Below are positions 56,248 through 64,000 of a DNA stretch of 64,000 bases, piece by piece. The notes under the pieces were generated by a model that did not search any database, was not told where the DNA came from, and was given only the letters and a program-made list of their open reading frames with translations. The position numbers and the translations under genes are program-made. Position 1 is the stretch's first letter. Each line of letters starts with the position of its first letter. This stretch comes from Clostridia bacterium (lineage in GTDB: Bacteria > Bacillota > Clostridia > Monoglobales > Firm-18), in assembly GCA_045660545.1 (NCBI GenBank), contig JAZREA010000021.1:86503-150502 (forward strand), in the 5' to 3' direction.

Positions 56248-56396
56248 AGCTTTGCTTTCGCAAAGCTACCTTAACCTATTTCTTATTCACTATTACCTAT
56301 TACTTCCAAAAAATCGACATGTGTTTTTAGGGAATAGTGAAGGGTGAATAGTTAATAAGTAAAATCGACAAGATTCTATCGAACCTTGTCGATTTT
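56248..56396 (-). repeat. tRNA-trailer repeat, copy after tRNA-Arg
   Basis: Homologous to 9499-9645. Starts immediately after the tRNA CCA and ends in a GC-GAAA-GC hairpin with U-tract. Confidence 0.85.
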
Positions 56397-56471
56397 TGGC
56401 ACCCCCGACCGGAATCGAACCGATGACTAACCCTTAGGAGGGGCTTGTAATATCCTCTTTACTACAGGGGC
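56397..56471 (-). tRNA. tRNA-Arg(CCT)
   Basis: AGCCC-CT-CCT-AA-GGGTT anticodon arm, GGTTCGATTCC T-loop, GCCA. Promoter TTGACA-17-TAAAAT at 56532-56504. Confidence 0.94.
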
Positions 56472-56528
56472 AGGTGCTCGGGCAATAGCGCCCGACGAAT
56501 TATATTTTAAAGTAATATGGCATATTTG

Positions 56529-57638
56529 TCAAGACGTAAAATGAAGTGTTTTTCGCCTGATATACACATTCATTACAAGGCCAAGCGCCATACAGTTTGT
56601 AATCATAGACGAGCCGCCATAGCTGATAAAAGGCAGCGGAATCCCCGTAACGGGCATAAGGCCTATCGCCATACCGATATTTTCAAACGTGTGGAAAAGC
56701 CACATCGTAGCAACGCCCATACAAATATAACTTCCGAGCTCGTCCTTTGCTTCCCTCGCGATTTTTATACATCTTAAAATAATTGACATAAGCAGTATGG
56801 CAACCAAAGTACACATTATAATACCGCCCTCTTCGCCGATAACCGAGAAAATAAAGTCCGTGTGCTTCTCGGGCAGGTAACCGAGCTGGGTCTGTATTCC
56901 GTTTAAAAGCCCTTTGCCGTAAATCTGGCCCGAGCCGATGGCGATTTTGCTCTGCATAACGTGGTAGCCGTACGTCTGCGCGGCACTCTCAGGGTCTAAG
57001 AAAGCATAAATTCTATTTTTCTGGAACGTATCCAAAAAGAAAAACCACGCCAAAACACAAACAACAGCGCCCGAAGCCCCCGCCGCTATAATGTAGACTC
57101 TGTTTATGCCGGCAACAAACACCATCACAACAAAAATAAACACAAAAACCATAGCTGTTCCAAAGTCAGGCTGGAGCAAAACAAGCCCCAGAGGAACTGC
57201 AAGATGGAGCAAAAGGCCCAGCACGTTTTTAATGTAGTTAATGTCGCCTTTAACGTGGTCTAAGTGCTTTGCAAGCGTAATTATAAAAAATGTCTTAACC
57301 ATCTCCGCAGGCTGAATGTTGATGCCTCCTACCCTTATCCACCCCTTTGTACCGGTGGACTCCGAGCCTATTCCTATAATCAAAACCAAAACCAAAAGAA
57401 ACACCGACACCCCGGCAAACAGCTTCCACAAATCAGCCAGATTTTCGTAATCTATATACGCCAACGCCACCATAAGTACAAGGCCAATCGCAAGAGCGAG
57501 AGACTGAACAAGCATAAATTTTGTGCTGTTCATAGAGTTCGTCGCGCTGTATATAAACACAAAACCGACGATTACAGCCGCAGCAAAAAGCATCATAAGT
57601 ACTTTATCATATTTTTTAAAGCTTTCAAAAATACCCAT
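56529..57638 (-). CDS. rodA: SEDS protein RodA/FtsW
   Basis: KGWI, IQPAEMVK, LQPDFGTA, QSKIAIGSG, PEKHTDFIF, PVTGIPLPFISYGGSS. Confidence 0.9.
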   Translation of the reverse strand: MGIFESFKKYDKVLMMLFAAAVIVGFVFIYSATNSMNSTKFMLVQSLALAIGLVLMVALAYIDYENLADLWKLFAGVSVFLLVLVLIIGIGSESTGTKGWIRVGGINIQPAEMVKTFFIITLAKHLDHVKGDINYIKNVLGLLLHLAVPLGLVLLQPDFGTAMVFVFIFVVMVFVAGINRVYIIAAGASGAVVCVLAWFFFLDTFQKNRIYAFLDPESAAQTYGYHVMQSKIAIGSGQIYGKGLLNGIQTQLGYLPEKHTDFIFSVIGEEGGIIMCTLVAILLMSIILRCIKIAREAKDELGSYICMGVATMWLFHTFENIGMAIGLMPVTGIPLPFISYGGSSMITNCMALGLVMNVYIRRKTLHFTS

Positions 57639-57767
57639 AATCTAACCTCATTTGTTACTTTATAGCAATATTGTAGCACAAATTTTCAAAAAATAATAGA
57701 CTAATTTGAAAATATATTATATAATGTAAGTAATAACTCGAAAAAACACGATAAAGAGGTGACTCAA

Positions 57768-58172
57768 ATGTCAAAATTGTTCAGGAACTCTATGTTCGGA
57801 TACAACAAAAAAGATGTTAATGGGTACATAGAAAGAATCAGTGAAGAGTTTCAACAGCAAATAGACCAGGCCAAAGAAGAGATTAAGGCCCTGGAGAACA
57901 AAAAGACAGAAATTTACGAAATGCGCGAAAAGCTGGAAAAGGAAAAGGCCGCAATTTCCGAGGCTATTCTCTCCGCTCACGAAAAGGCGGACAAGATTAT
58001 CTCCGAGGCGCGCCAAAAGGCTGATGAGGCTCGAAAAGAGTCTGAGCAAAGGATTGCCGCAGAAAGCAGCAAGCTTGCTAAAATCAGGCGCGAAATTTTC
58101 AACATCAGACGAAACGCGATTAAAACTTTAAGCTCTCTCGAAGCAGACGAAAGCGAAGCTTCGGAGGAATAA
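57768..58172 (+). CDS. DivIVA-domain coiled-coil protein
   Basis: FRNSMFGYNKKDVNGYI resembles the DivIVA N-terminal motif and is followed by coiled coil. ATG at 57768 after GAGGTG. Confidence 0.7.
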   Translation: MSKLFRNSMFGYNKKDVNGYIERISEEFQQQIDQAKEEIKALENKKTEIYEMREKLEKEKAAISEAILSAHEKADKIISEARQKADEARKESEQRIAAESSKLAKIRREIFNIRRNAIKTLSSLEADESEASEE

Positions 58173-58243
58173 ACTTCTGTTTTCGTTTATAAAGTAACCT
58201 TTAATATTACTGTTGAGTAGTATGTAATGTAGGAGGTGCTTTT

Positions 58244-58474
58244 ATGAATGATAGAAGATGCTGCATCAGGACCTGTTGCTTTAACATTGTTCTTGCAATA
58301 GTTGGTGCTTTGTTCACATTTGGTCTGGGACTTCTTTTGGGAACGATATTTGCCGCAACTCTAACAGCTTATATCGCTTCGATAGTTGTGTTCTTGGTTG
58401 TTATGCTTATAATGTTTATCGTTTTGCTAATACTAAGGGCTTGCAGGCGTGACGAAGAAGACAGATGCTTTTAA
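58244..58474 (+). CDS. Small two-TM membrane protein with Cys-rich termini
   Basis: AGGAGGTG RBS, 76 aa, followed by terminator GTCGGTGCGA/TCGCACCGAC at 58481-58505. Confidence 0.75.
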   Translation: MNDRRCCIRTCCFNIVLAIVGALFTFGLGLLLGTIFAATLTAYIASIVVFLVVMLIMFIVLLILRACRRDEEDRCF

Positions 58475-58528
58475 ACTTTCGTCGGTGCGAAAAAATCGCA
58501 CCGACAGTTTTAATATTGAGGTGCTTTT

Positions 58529-59092
58529 ATGAATGTTTACGACTTTGACAAAACAATCTACGACGGCGACAGCTCGTTTGACTTTTATAAATATTGCCTT
58601 TTAAAATATCCGTCCGTGTGGCGCCATCTGCCCATAGTTTTGTGGTTCGGTGCGGGCTTTGCCCTCGGGATAGTTAAAAAGCACGATTTTAAAAACAGAT
58701 TTTTTAAGTTCTCTCTGCTGCTGCCGGATATAGACAAGGCGGTTTCGGCATTTTGGGACAAAAATATCTCTAAAATCAAGAAGTTTTACTTAAAAACACA
58801 AAGACCTGACGACCTGATTATAAGCGCGTCCCCAAGGTTCATTTTGGCGGAAATATGCAAAAGGCTTGGCATTACTGAGCTTCTCTGCACCGAAACAGAC
58901 CCGAAAACCGCCTCAATCATCGGCGAAAACTGCTACGGAGAGGAAAAGGTTAAAAGGTTTGACAAAGCGGGATATAAAAGAGACGAAGTCGAAAGCTTCT
59001 ACTCCGACTCCACCTCGGACTCCCCTCTTGCCGCCCTCGCAAAAGAAGCGTTTATAGTAACGGGCGAAGAGCTTACCGCTTGGAAAGAATGA
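58529..59092 (+). CDS. HAD-IB family hydrolase
   Basis: YDFDKTIYDGDS, ISASP, NCYGEEKV, YSDSTSD. Confidence 0.88.
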   Translation: MNVYDFDKTIYDGDSSFDFYKYCLLKYPSVWRHLPIVLWFGAGFALGIVKKHDFKNRFFKFSLLLPDIDKAVSAFWDKNISKIKKFYLKTQRPDDLIISASPRFILAEICKRLGITELLCTETDPKTASIIGENCYGEEKVKRFDKAGYKRDEVESFYSDSTSDSPLAALAKEAFIVTGEELTAWKE

Positions 59093-59096
59093 AAAC

Positions 59097-59135
59097 AAAA
59101 ATAAAAAACGGCAATTAATTGCCGTTTTTTTATTT
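59097..59135. terminator. Bidirectional terminator between the HAD and SulP genes
   Basis: AAAATAAAAAACGGCAAT-ta-ATTGCCGTTTTTTTATTTT near-palindrome. Confidence 0.82.
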
Positions 59136-60802
59136 TACTTGTTTATTAATAACTGTTCTGCGCGGTTTAGCGCGGCGTCAATGTTAGGGCAGAAGTTTTC
59201 AAGCCCTACTTTTTTATCAAATCCCGCCTTTTTCATCACAGAGAGTGGCTGTTCGTTAACATGAGAGAAAATCAGCGTAACGTTTTCCTTCTTCATCTTG
59301 TTATATATTGTATCAAGGGAATTAAGCGCTGACGCGTCAAGCGCAGGCACACTCCTCATACGAAGGATAACCGCGTTCTTGTTATCTAAATCAGGTAAAA
59401 AGTCCATAATCTTGTTAGACATACCAAAGAACATAGGCCCGCTTATTTCGTAAACAAGTGTGTTCTTCGGAACTGCCTTTAACGATATGTTGTCGGTGTC
59501 GCTGTTTTCGTCGTAGTCTTCCTCATACTTCCATCCGCTGATACGAGTCTCGTCCGCCATCCTCTTCATAAACAAAACTGAGGCCAAAACAAGCCCAACA
59601 CCTATCGCAACGACAAGGTCGAATATCACCGTCAAGGCAAAGGTCAAAACCAGGATAAATATGTCGCTCTTCGGCGCAGTTTTACAAATCTGTGTAAACT
59701 TGTGAAGCTCGCTCATATTATACGCAACCATAAACAATATCGCCGCAATCGTAGGCATAGGTATAAGCTTTGCGTACGGCATCAAAACCAAAACCATCAA
59801 AAGTAAGACTACCGAATGAACTATACCGGCAATCGGTGTGCGTCCGCCGTTTTTAATGTTCGCGGCAGTTCTTGCAATAGCGCCTGTGGCAGGGATACCG
59901 CCGAACAGGGCAGACATCGCGTTGCCCGCGCCCTGTGCAACAAGCTCTGCGTTAGAGTTGTGCTTGCTGCCTATCATACCGTCGGCAACAACGCAAGATA
60001 ACAACGACTCAATACCTGCCAAAATAGCTATCGTAAAAGCGTCAGGCAATACCGCACGGATTGTCCCGAGAGAAAAGTCCGGCATAGCAAAGGAAGGCAG
60101 CTTCGCACTAAGCGTCGGATAAAGGCTGCCGATTGTGTTAACTTCAAGGTCAAACACCCCTACAACCACCGCCGTTACAATAACCGCTATCAAAGAAGCG
60201 GGTATCTTTTTCATAAACTTGTCAGACACAATCAAAATCAAAAGCGCCAGCAAGCCAACAGCCAAAGCCGTGTAGTTTACAGTCGATATGTTTTCAATAA
60301 CCGCCATCATCTTTTCGCCTGTCTCTATAAGCGCAGGCCCGCCGGCGGGATATGTAAGCCCCAAAAAGTCCTTAATCTGCCCAACCGCAATCGTCACGGC
60401 AATACCCGTTGTAAAGCCTATGGTAATAGTCTGGGGTATAAAGCTTATAAGACTTCCCAAACGGAACACACCCATTATAACAAGTATAACGCCCGCTATT
60501 ATAGTCGCTGTCGCAAGTCCGCTTGTCCCGCTTGTTGCAACTATGCCTGCAACGATTGAAGCAAAAGCCGCAGTCGGACCAGCAATCTGCACACGGCTGC
60601 CGCCCAAAAACGAGATGACAAATCCCGCAACTATCGCTGTGTAAATACCCTGCTCGGGCGAAACACCCGAGGCAATCGCAAGCGCAATCGAAAGCGGAAG
60701 CGCAATAATAGCTACAATTATTCCAGCAATTATATCTTTAAAAAACTGTCCTTTTGAATAATGCTTTAATGTGTAAAACAACTTTGGTTCCAAATAGTTC
60801 AT
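59135..60802 (-). CDS. SulP family anion transporter with STAS domain
   Basis: IIALPLSIALAIASG, QIAGPTAA, IESLLS, NSNAELVAQG, ATGAIART, GPMFFG. ATG at 60802. Confidence 0.93.
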   Translation of the reverse strand: MNYLEPKLFYTLKHYSKGQFFKDIIAGIIVAIIALPLSIALAIASGVSPEQGIYTAIVAGFVISFLGGSRVQIAGPTAAFASIVAGIVATSGTSGLATATIIAGVILVIMGVFRLGSLISFIPQTITIGFTTGIAVTIAVGQIKDFLGLTYPAGGPALIETGEKMMAVIENISTVNYTALAVGLLALLILIVSDKFMKKIPASLIAVIVTAVVVGVFDLEVNTIGSLYPTLSAKLPSFAMPDFSLGTIRAVLPDAFTIAILAGIESLLSCVVADGMIGSKHNSNAELVAQGAGNAMSALFGGIPATGAIARTAANIKNGGRTPIAGIVHSVVLLLMVLVLMPYAKLIPMPTIAAILFMVAYNMSELHKFTQICKTAPKSDIFILVLTFALTVIFDLVVAIGVGLVLASVLFMKRMADETRISGWKYEEDYDENSDTDNISLKAVPKNTLVYEISGPMFFGMSNKIMDFLPDLDNKNAVILRMRSVPALDASALNSLDTIYNKMKKENVTLIFSHVNEQPLSVMKKAGFDKKVGLENFCPNIDAALNRAEQLLINK

Positions 60803-60868
60803 ACCTGCACCTCTAATCAATCATAAAACAAGTGCATCGATTTATCGATGCACTTTGTTCTTTTTTAA

Positions 60869-63496
60869 TTATTTCTCTTCTTTAAGAGCAGCCTGTGCAG
60901 CAGAAAGACGTGCAATCGGCACTCTGAACGGAGAACATGAAACGTAGTTAAGACCAATTCTGTGGCAGAACTCAACAGAAGACGGATCTCCACCATGCTC
61001 ACCACAGATACCCATCTTAATATTAGGTCTAACCTTAACAGCAGCTTCGCTCGCCATCTTCATAAGACGGCCTACGCCTGTCTGGTCAAGACGTGCAAAT
61101 GGGTCTGCTTCGAAAATCTTCTTTTCATAGTAGTAGTCAAGGAACTTACCAGCGTCATCACGTGAGAAACCGTAAGTCATCTGTGTAAGGTCGTTAGTAC
61201 CGAATGAGAAGAACTGTGCCTCTTCTGCAATAAGGTCAGCAGTAATAGCAGCACGAGGAATCTCGATCATAGTACCAACCATGTATTCCATCTTAACGTT
61301 TCTTTCTTTCAAAACGTTTTCAACTGTTTCAACGATAACTTCCTTAACGTATTTAAGCTCCTTAACTTCGCCAACCAACGGAATCATAATCTCAGGGATT
61401 ATTGTAAGTCCGTCGTTTGAAGAAACGTTTATAGCAGCTTCTACGATAGCTCTTGCCTGCATAGCAGCAATTTCAGGATATGTTACTGCAAGACGGCATC
61501 CACGGTGACCAAGCATCGGGTTAAATTCGTGGAGGTTGTTAACAGTCTCTTTAAGCTCGTCATAAGTGAGGTTCATCTCAGCAGCCAAAGCCTTGATTTC
61601 TTCATCCTCGTGTGGAAGGAATTCGTGAAGTGGTGGGTCCAAAAGACGAATTGTAACAGGAAGTCCGTTCATAGTCTTGAACAAGCCTTCGAAGTCTCCT
61701 CTTTGGATAGGCAAGAGCTTGTCCAGAGCTCTTTGTCTTTGTTCTACTGTCTTTGCAACGATCATTTCACGAACAATCGGAATTCTTGCTTCGTCAAAGA
61801 ACATATGTTCTGTACGGCAAAGGCCAATACCCTCTGCACCGAACTTGAACGCATTTAAAGCGTCCTTTGGAGTGTCGGCATTTGTACGAACTTTAAGCTT
61901 ACGGTACTTGTCCGCCCATTCCATAATTCTGCCGAACTCTCCGCTGATTGAAGCTTCAACAGTCTTAATAGCTTCGCCGTAGATGTTACCTGTTGAACCG
62001 TCAAGAGAAATCCAGTCTCCCTCTTTGTAAGTTCTGCCGGCAAGCTCGAACTTTTTGTTTTCTTCGTCCATATTGATTTCGCCGCAACCTGATACACAGC
62101 AAGTACCCATACCTCTTGCTACAACGGCAGCGTGAGATGTCATACCACCACGTACTGTAAGGATACCTTGTGAGTAGTTCATACCCTCGATATCTTCAGG
62201 AGATGTTTCAAGACGAACCAATATAACCTTTTCGCCCTTTTGTGCCCAAGCTGTTGCGTCCTCAGCAGTAAACACGATTCTACCGCAAGCAGCACCAGGG
62301 GATGCAGCCAAAGCTGTAGCAACAGGCTTAGCAGCTTTAAGTGCCGCAGCCTCAAACTGTGGATGCAAAAGTGCGTCCAACTGCTTAGGATCTATCATAA
62401 GAACAGCTTCTTTTTCGCTGATCATACCTTCGTCAACAAGGTCACAAGCAATCTTTAAAGCAGCAGCTGCTGTTCTCTTACCGTTTCTTGTCTGGAGCAT
62501 AAAGAGCTTCTTGTCTTCAATAGTAAACTCCATATCCTGCATGTCGCGGTAGTGCTTTTCCAAAGTTGAAGAAATTTCAACAAACTTGTCATAAGCCTCA
62601 GGCATAACCTGCTTTAACTGGTCGATTGTCTGCGGTGTTCTGACACCTGCAACAACGTCCTCGCCCTGTGCGTTCATCAAGAACTCACCGAAGAGCTTCT
62701 TTTCGCCTGTAGCAGGGTTTCTTGTAAACGCAACACCTGTACCGGATGTATCGCCTGTGTTACCGAATACCATCTGCTGTACGTTAACAGCTGTACCCCA
62801 GTCAGACGGAATATCGTTCATTCTTCTGTAATATATAGCACGCGGGTTGTCCCATGAACGGAAAACGGCCTTTATAGCGCCCATAAGCTGTTCTTTTGGG
62901 TCTGTCGGGAAGTCCTTACCGATCTTAGCCTTGTATTCAGCCTTAAACTGTTCAGCAAGGCTCTTCAAATCGTCTGCATCAAGGTCTGTATCAAGAGTAA
63001 CGCCCTTTTCGCCCTTCATCTTGTCGATAAGCTCTTCGAAGTACTTCTTACCCACTTCCATAACAACGTCAGAATACATCTGGATAAATCTGCGGTATGA
63101 GTCGTAAGCAAAGCGACGGTTGTTAGTCTTTTTAGCAAACGCTTCAACAACCTCGTCGTTAAGACCAAGGTTTAAGATGGTATCCATCATACCAGGCATT
63201 GAAGCTCTTGCACCTGAACGAACAGAAACCAAAAGCGGATTCTCCAAATCTCCGAACTTTTTGCCGGTAATTTCTTCAAGCTTTCCGATATACTCCATAA
63301 TTTCTGCCTGTATATCGTCGTTGATTACCTTACCGTCAGTATAATACTGTGTGCAAGCCTCTGTTGTGATAGTAAATCCCTGCGGAACAGGCATTCCAAG
63401 ACCTGTCATTTCTGCCAGGTTGGCACCCTTACCACCGAGAAGGTTTCTCATCGAGGCGTTGCCTTCGCTAAATAAATAAACAAACTTTTTAGCCAT
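60869..63496 (-). CDS. ppdK: Pyruvate phosphate dikinase
   Basis: LGGKGANLAEM, LLVSVRSGA, GGMTSHAAVVARG, GIGLCRTEHMF, SFGTNDLTQ, GICGEHGGDP. Promoter TTGACA-17-TATAAT at 63586-63558. Confidence 0.98.
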   Translation of the reverse strand: MAKKFVYLFSEGNASMRNLLGGKGANLAEMTGLGMPVPQGFTITTEACTQYYTDGKVINDDIQAEIMEYIGKLEEITGKKFGDLENPLLVSVRSGARASMPGMMDTILNLGLNDEVVEAFAKKTNNRRFAYDSYRRFIQMYSDVVMEVGKKYFEELIDKMKGEKGVTLDTDLDADDLKSLAEQFKAEYKAKIGKDFPTDPKEQLMGAIKAVFRSWDNPRAIYYRRMNDIPSDWGTAVNVQQMVFGNTGDTSGTGVAFTRNPATGEKKLFGEFLMNAQGEDVVAGVRTPQTIDQLKQVMPEAYDKFVEISSTLEKHYRDMQDMEFTIEDKKLFMLQTRNGKRTAAAALKIACDLVDEGMISEKEAVLMIDPKQLDALLHPQFEAAALKAAKPVATALAASPGAACGRIVFTAEDATAWAQKGEKVILVRLETSPEDIEGMNYSQGILTVRGGMTSHAAVVARGMGTCCVSGCGEINMDEENKKFELAGRTYKEGDWISLDGSTGNIYGEAIKTVEASISGEFGRIMEWADKYRKLKVRTNADTPKDALNAFKFGAEGIGLCRTEHMFFDEARIPIVREMIVAKTVEQRQRALDKLLPIQRGDFEGLFKTMNGLPVTIRLLDPPLHEFLPHEDEEIKALAAEMNLTYDELKETVNNLHEFNPMLGHRGCRLAVTYPEIAAMQARAIVEAAINVSSNDGLTIIPEIMIPLVGEVKELKYVKEVIVETVENVLKERNVKMEYMVGTMIEIPRAAITADLIAEEAQFFSFGTNDLTQMTYGFSRDDAGKFLDYYYEKKIFEADPFARLDQTGVGRLMKMASEAAVKVRPNIKMGICGEHGGDPSSVEFCHRIGLNYVSCSPFRVPIARLSAAQAALKEEK

Positions 63497-63665
63497 TTTT
63501 TCCCCTCCATATTTTTCTATATGTTTTTTTAAAAAATATACCTTCCTTAACTATACAATTATATAATAAATTGGTCAGGCTTGTCAATAAAATATGAAAC
63601 AAATTCCAAAAAGTGTAATATTTCTTATATTATTGTGAATAATATGTTTAAGAGGAGGGATTTTT

Positions 63666-63896
63666 TTGGACAAATTAACATATTCGGAAATAAAAAACGA
63701 CATTCAAAAAGCCAAAGAAGAGCTCTTAATCGCAAACAGGCGCTTTGAATTTGCCGAAAACAGCGAAATGGTGGATATTTGTGCACTGCAAATCGAGGTC
63801 GCAAGGAAAAAGTGTGACTACCTGATTAAGCTTGCAAAAGAGAACGGGATTATATCTGATGACGTTTCAAAGGCAAATGTTTCTGCCGTTTTATAA
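63666..63896 (+). CDS. YaaL/DUF2508 family protein
   Basis: AKEELLIANRRFEFAENSEMVDICALQIEVARKKCDYLIKLAK pattern. TTG start after AGGAGG. Confidence 0.72.
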   Translation: MDKLTYSEIKNDIQKAKEELLIANRRFEFAENSEMVDICALQIEVARKKCDYLIKLAKENGIISDDVSKANVSAVL

Positions 63897-64000
63897 ATAA
63901 ATATTTTGCTGTTTTGTGATAAAAACACACACAATTTATAGCGCATTTTTACACGTTTTTTCACAAATTAACACATAATATGCGCATTTTGTGTGAGTCT

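Noticed and set aside
63930-64000. GCGCATTTT repeats resembling the repeat-end motif or a sporulation sigma promoter
   Set aside because: The match is too short and the context is cut by the window edge.

Overview
Mostly core chromosome of a spore-forming, low-GC Clostridia-type bacterium, probably from the gut (spoIIE, spoIIR, bofA, yaaL present). Most genes lie on the minus strand. The window holds trpS/gltX, the hprK-PHP-ROK-murB-rapZ operon, DUF2232-gdpP-rplI-dnaB-tilS-hpt-ftsH, dprA-topA-trmFO, rpsB-tsf, infC-rpmI-rplT, rsmD-coaD-trmB, ppdK and 10 tRNA genes at four loci. I saw no integrase, transposase, CRISPR array or rRNA. The best non-core signals are: (1) a stand-alone two-gene bile-acid module (BaiG-like importer plus 7alpha-HSDH-like SDR) between tRNA loci, next to an inverted copy of the tRNA-Pro 3' end; (2) a promoter / ~150-nt structured RNA / terminator / 52-aa ORF module missed by the ORF track, behind tRNA-Arg; (3) a ~150-bp repeat that starts right after the CCA of two unrelated tRNAs, with a degenerate third copy; (4) a modular palindromic repeat filling two convergent intergenic regions, with a covarying RNA-like core; (5) an M81 peptidase-DeoR-FAD/FeS dehydrogenase-phosphatase cluster without glpK, carrying a 4 x 11-bp operator array. 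Family assignments come from motif recognition and recall, not database searches.
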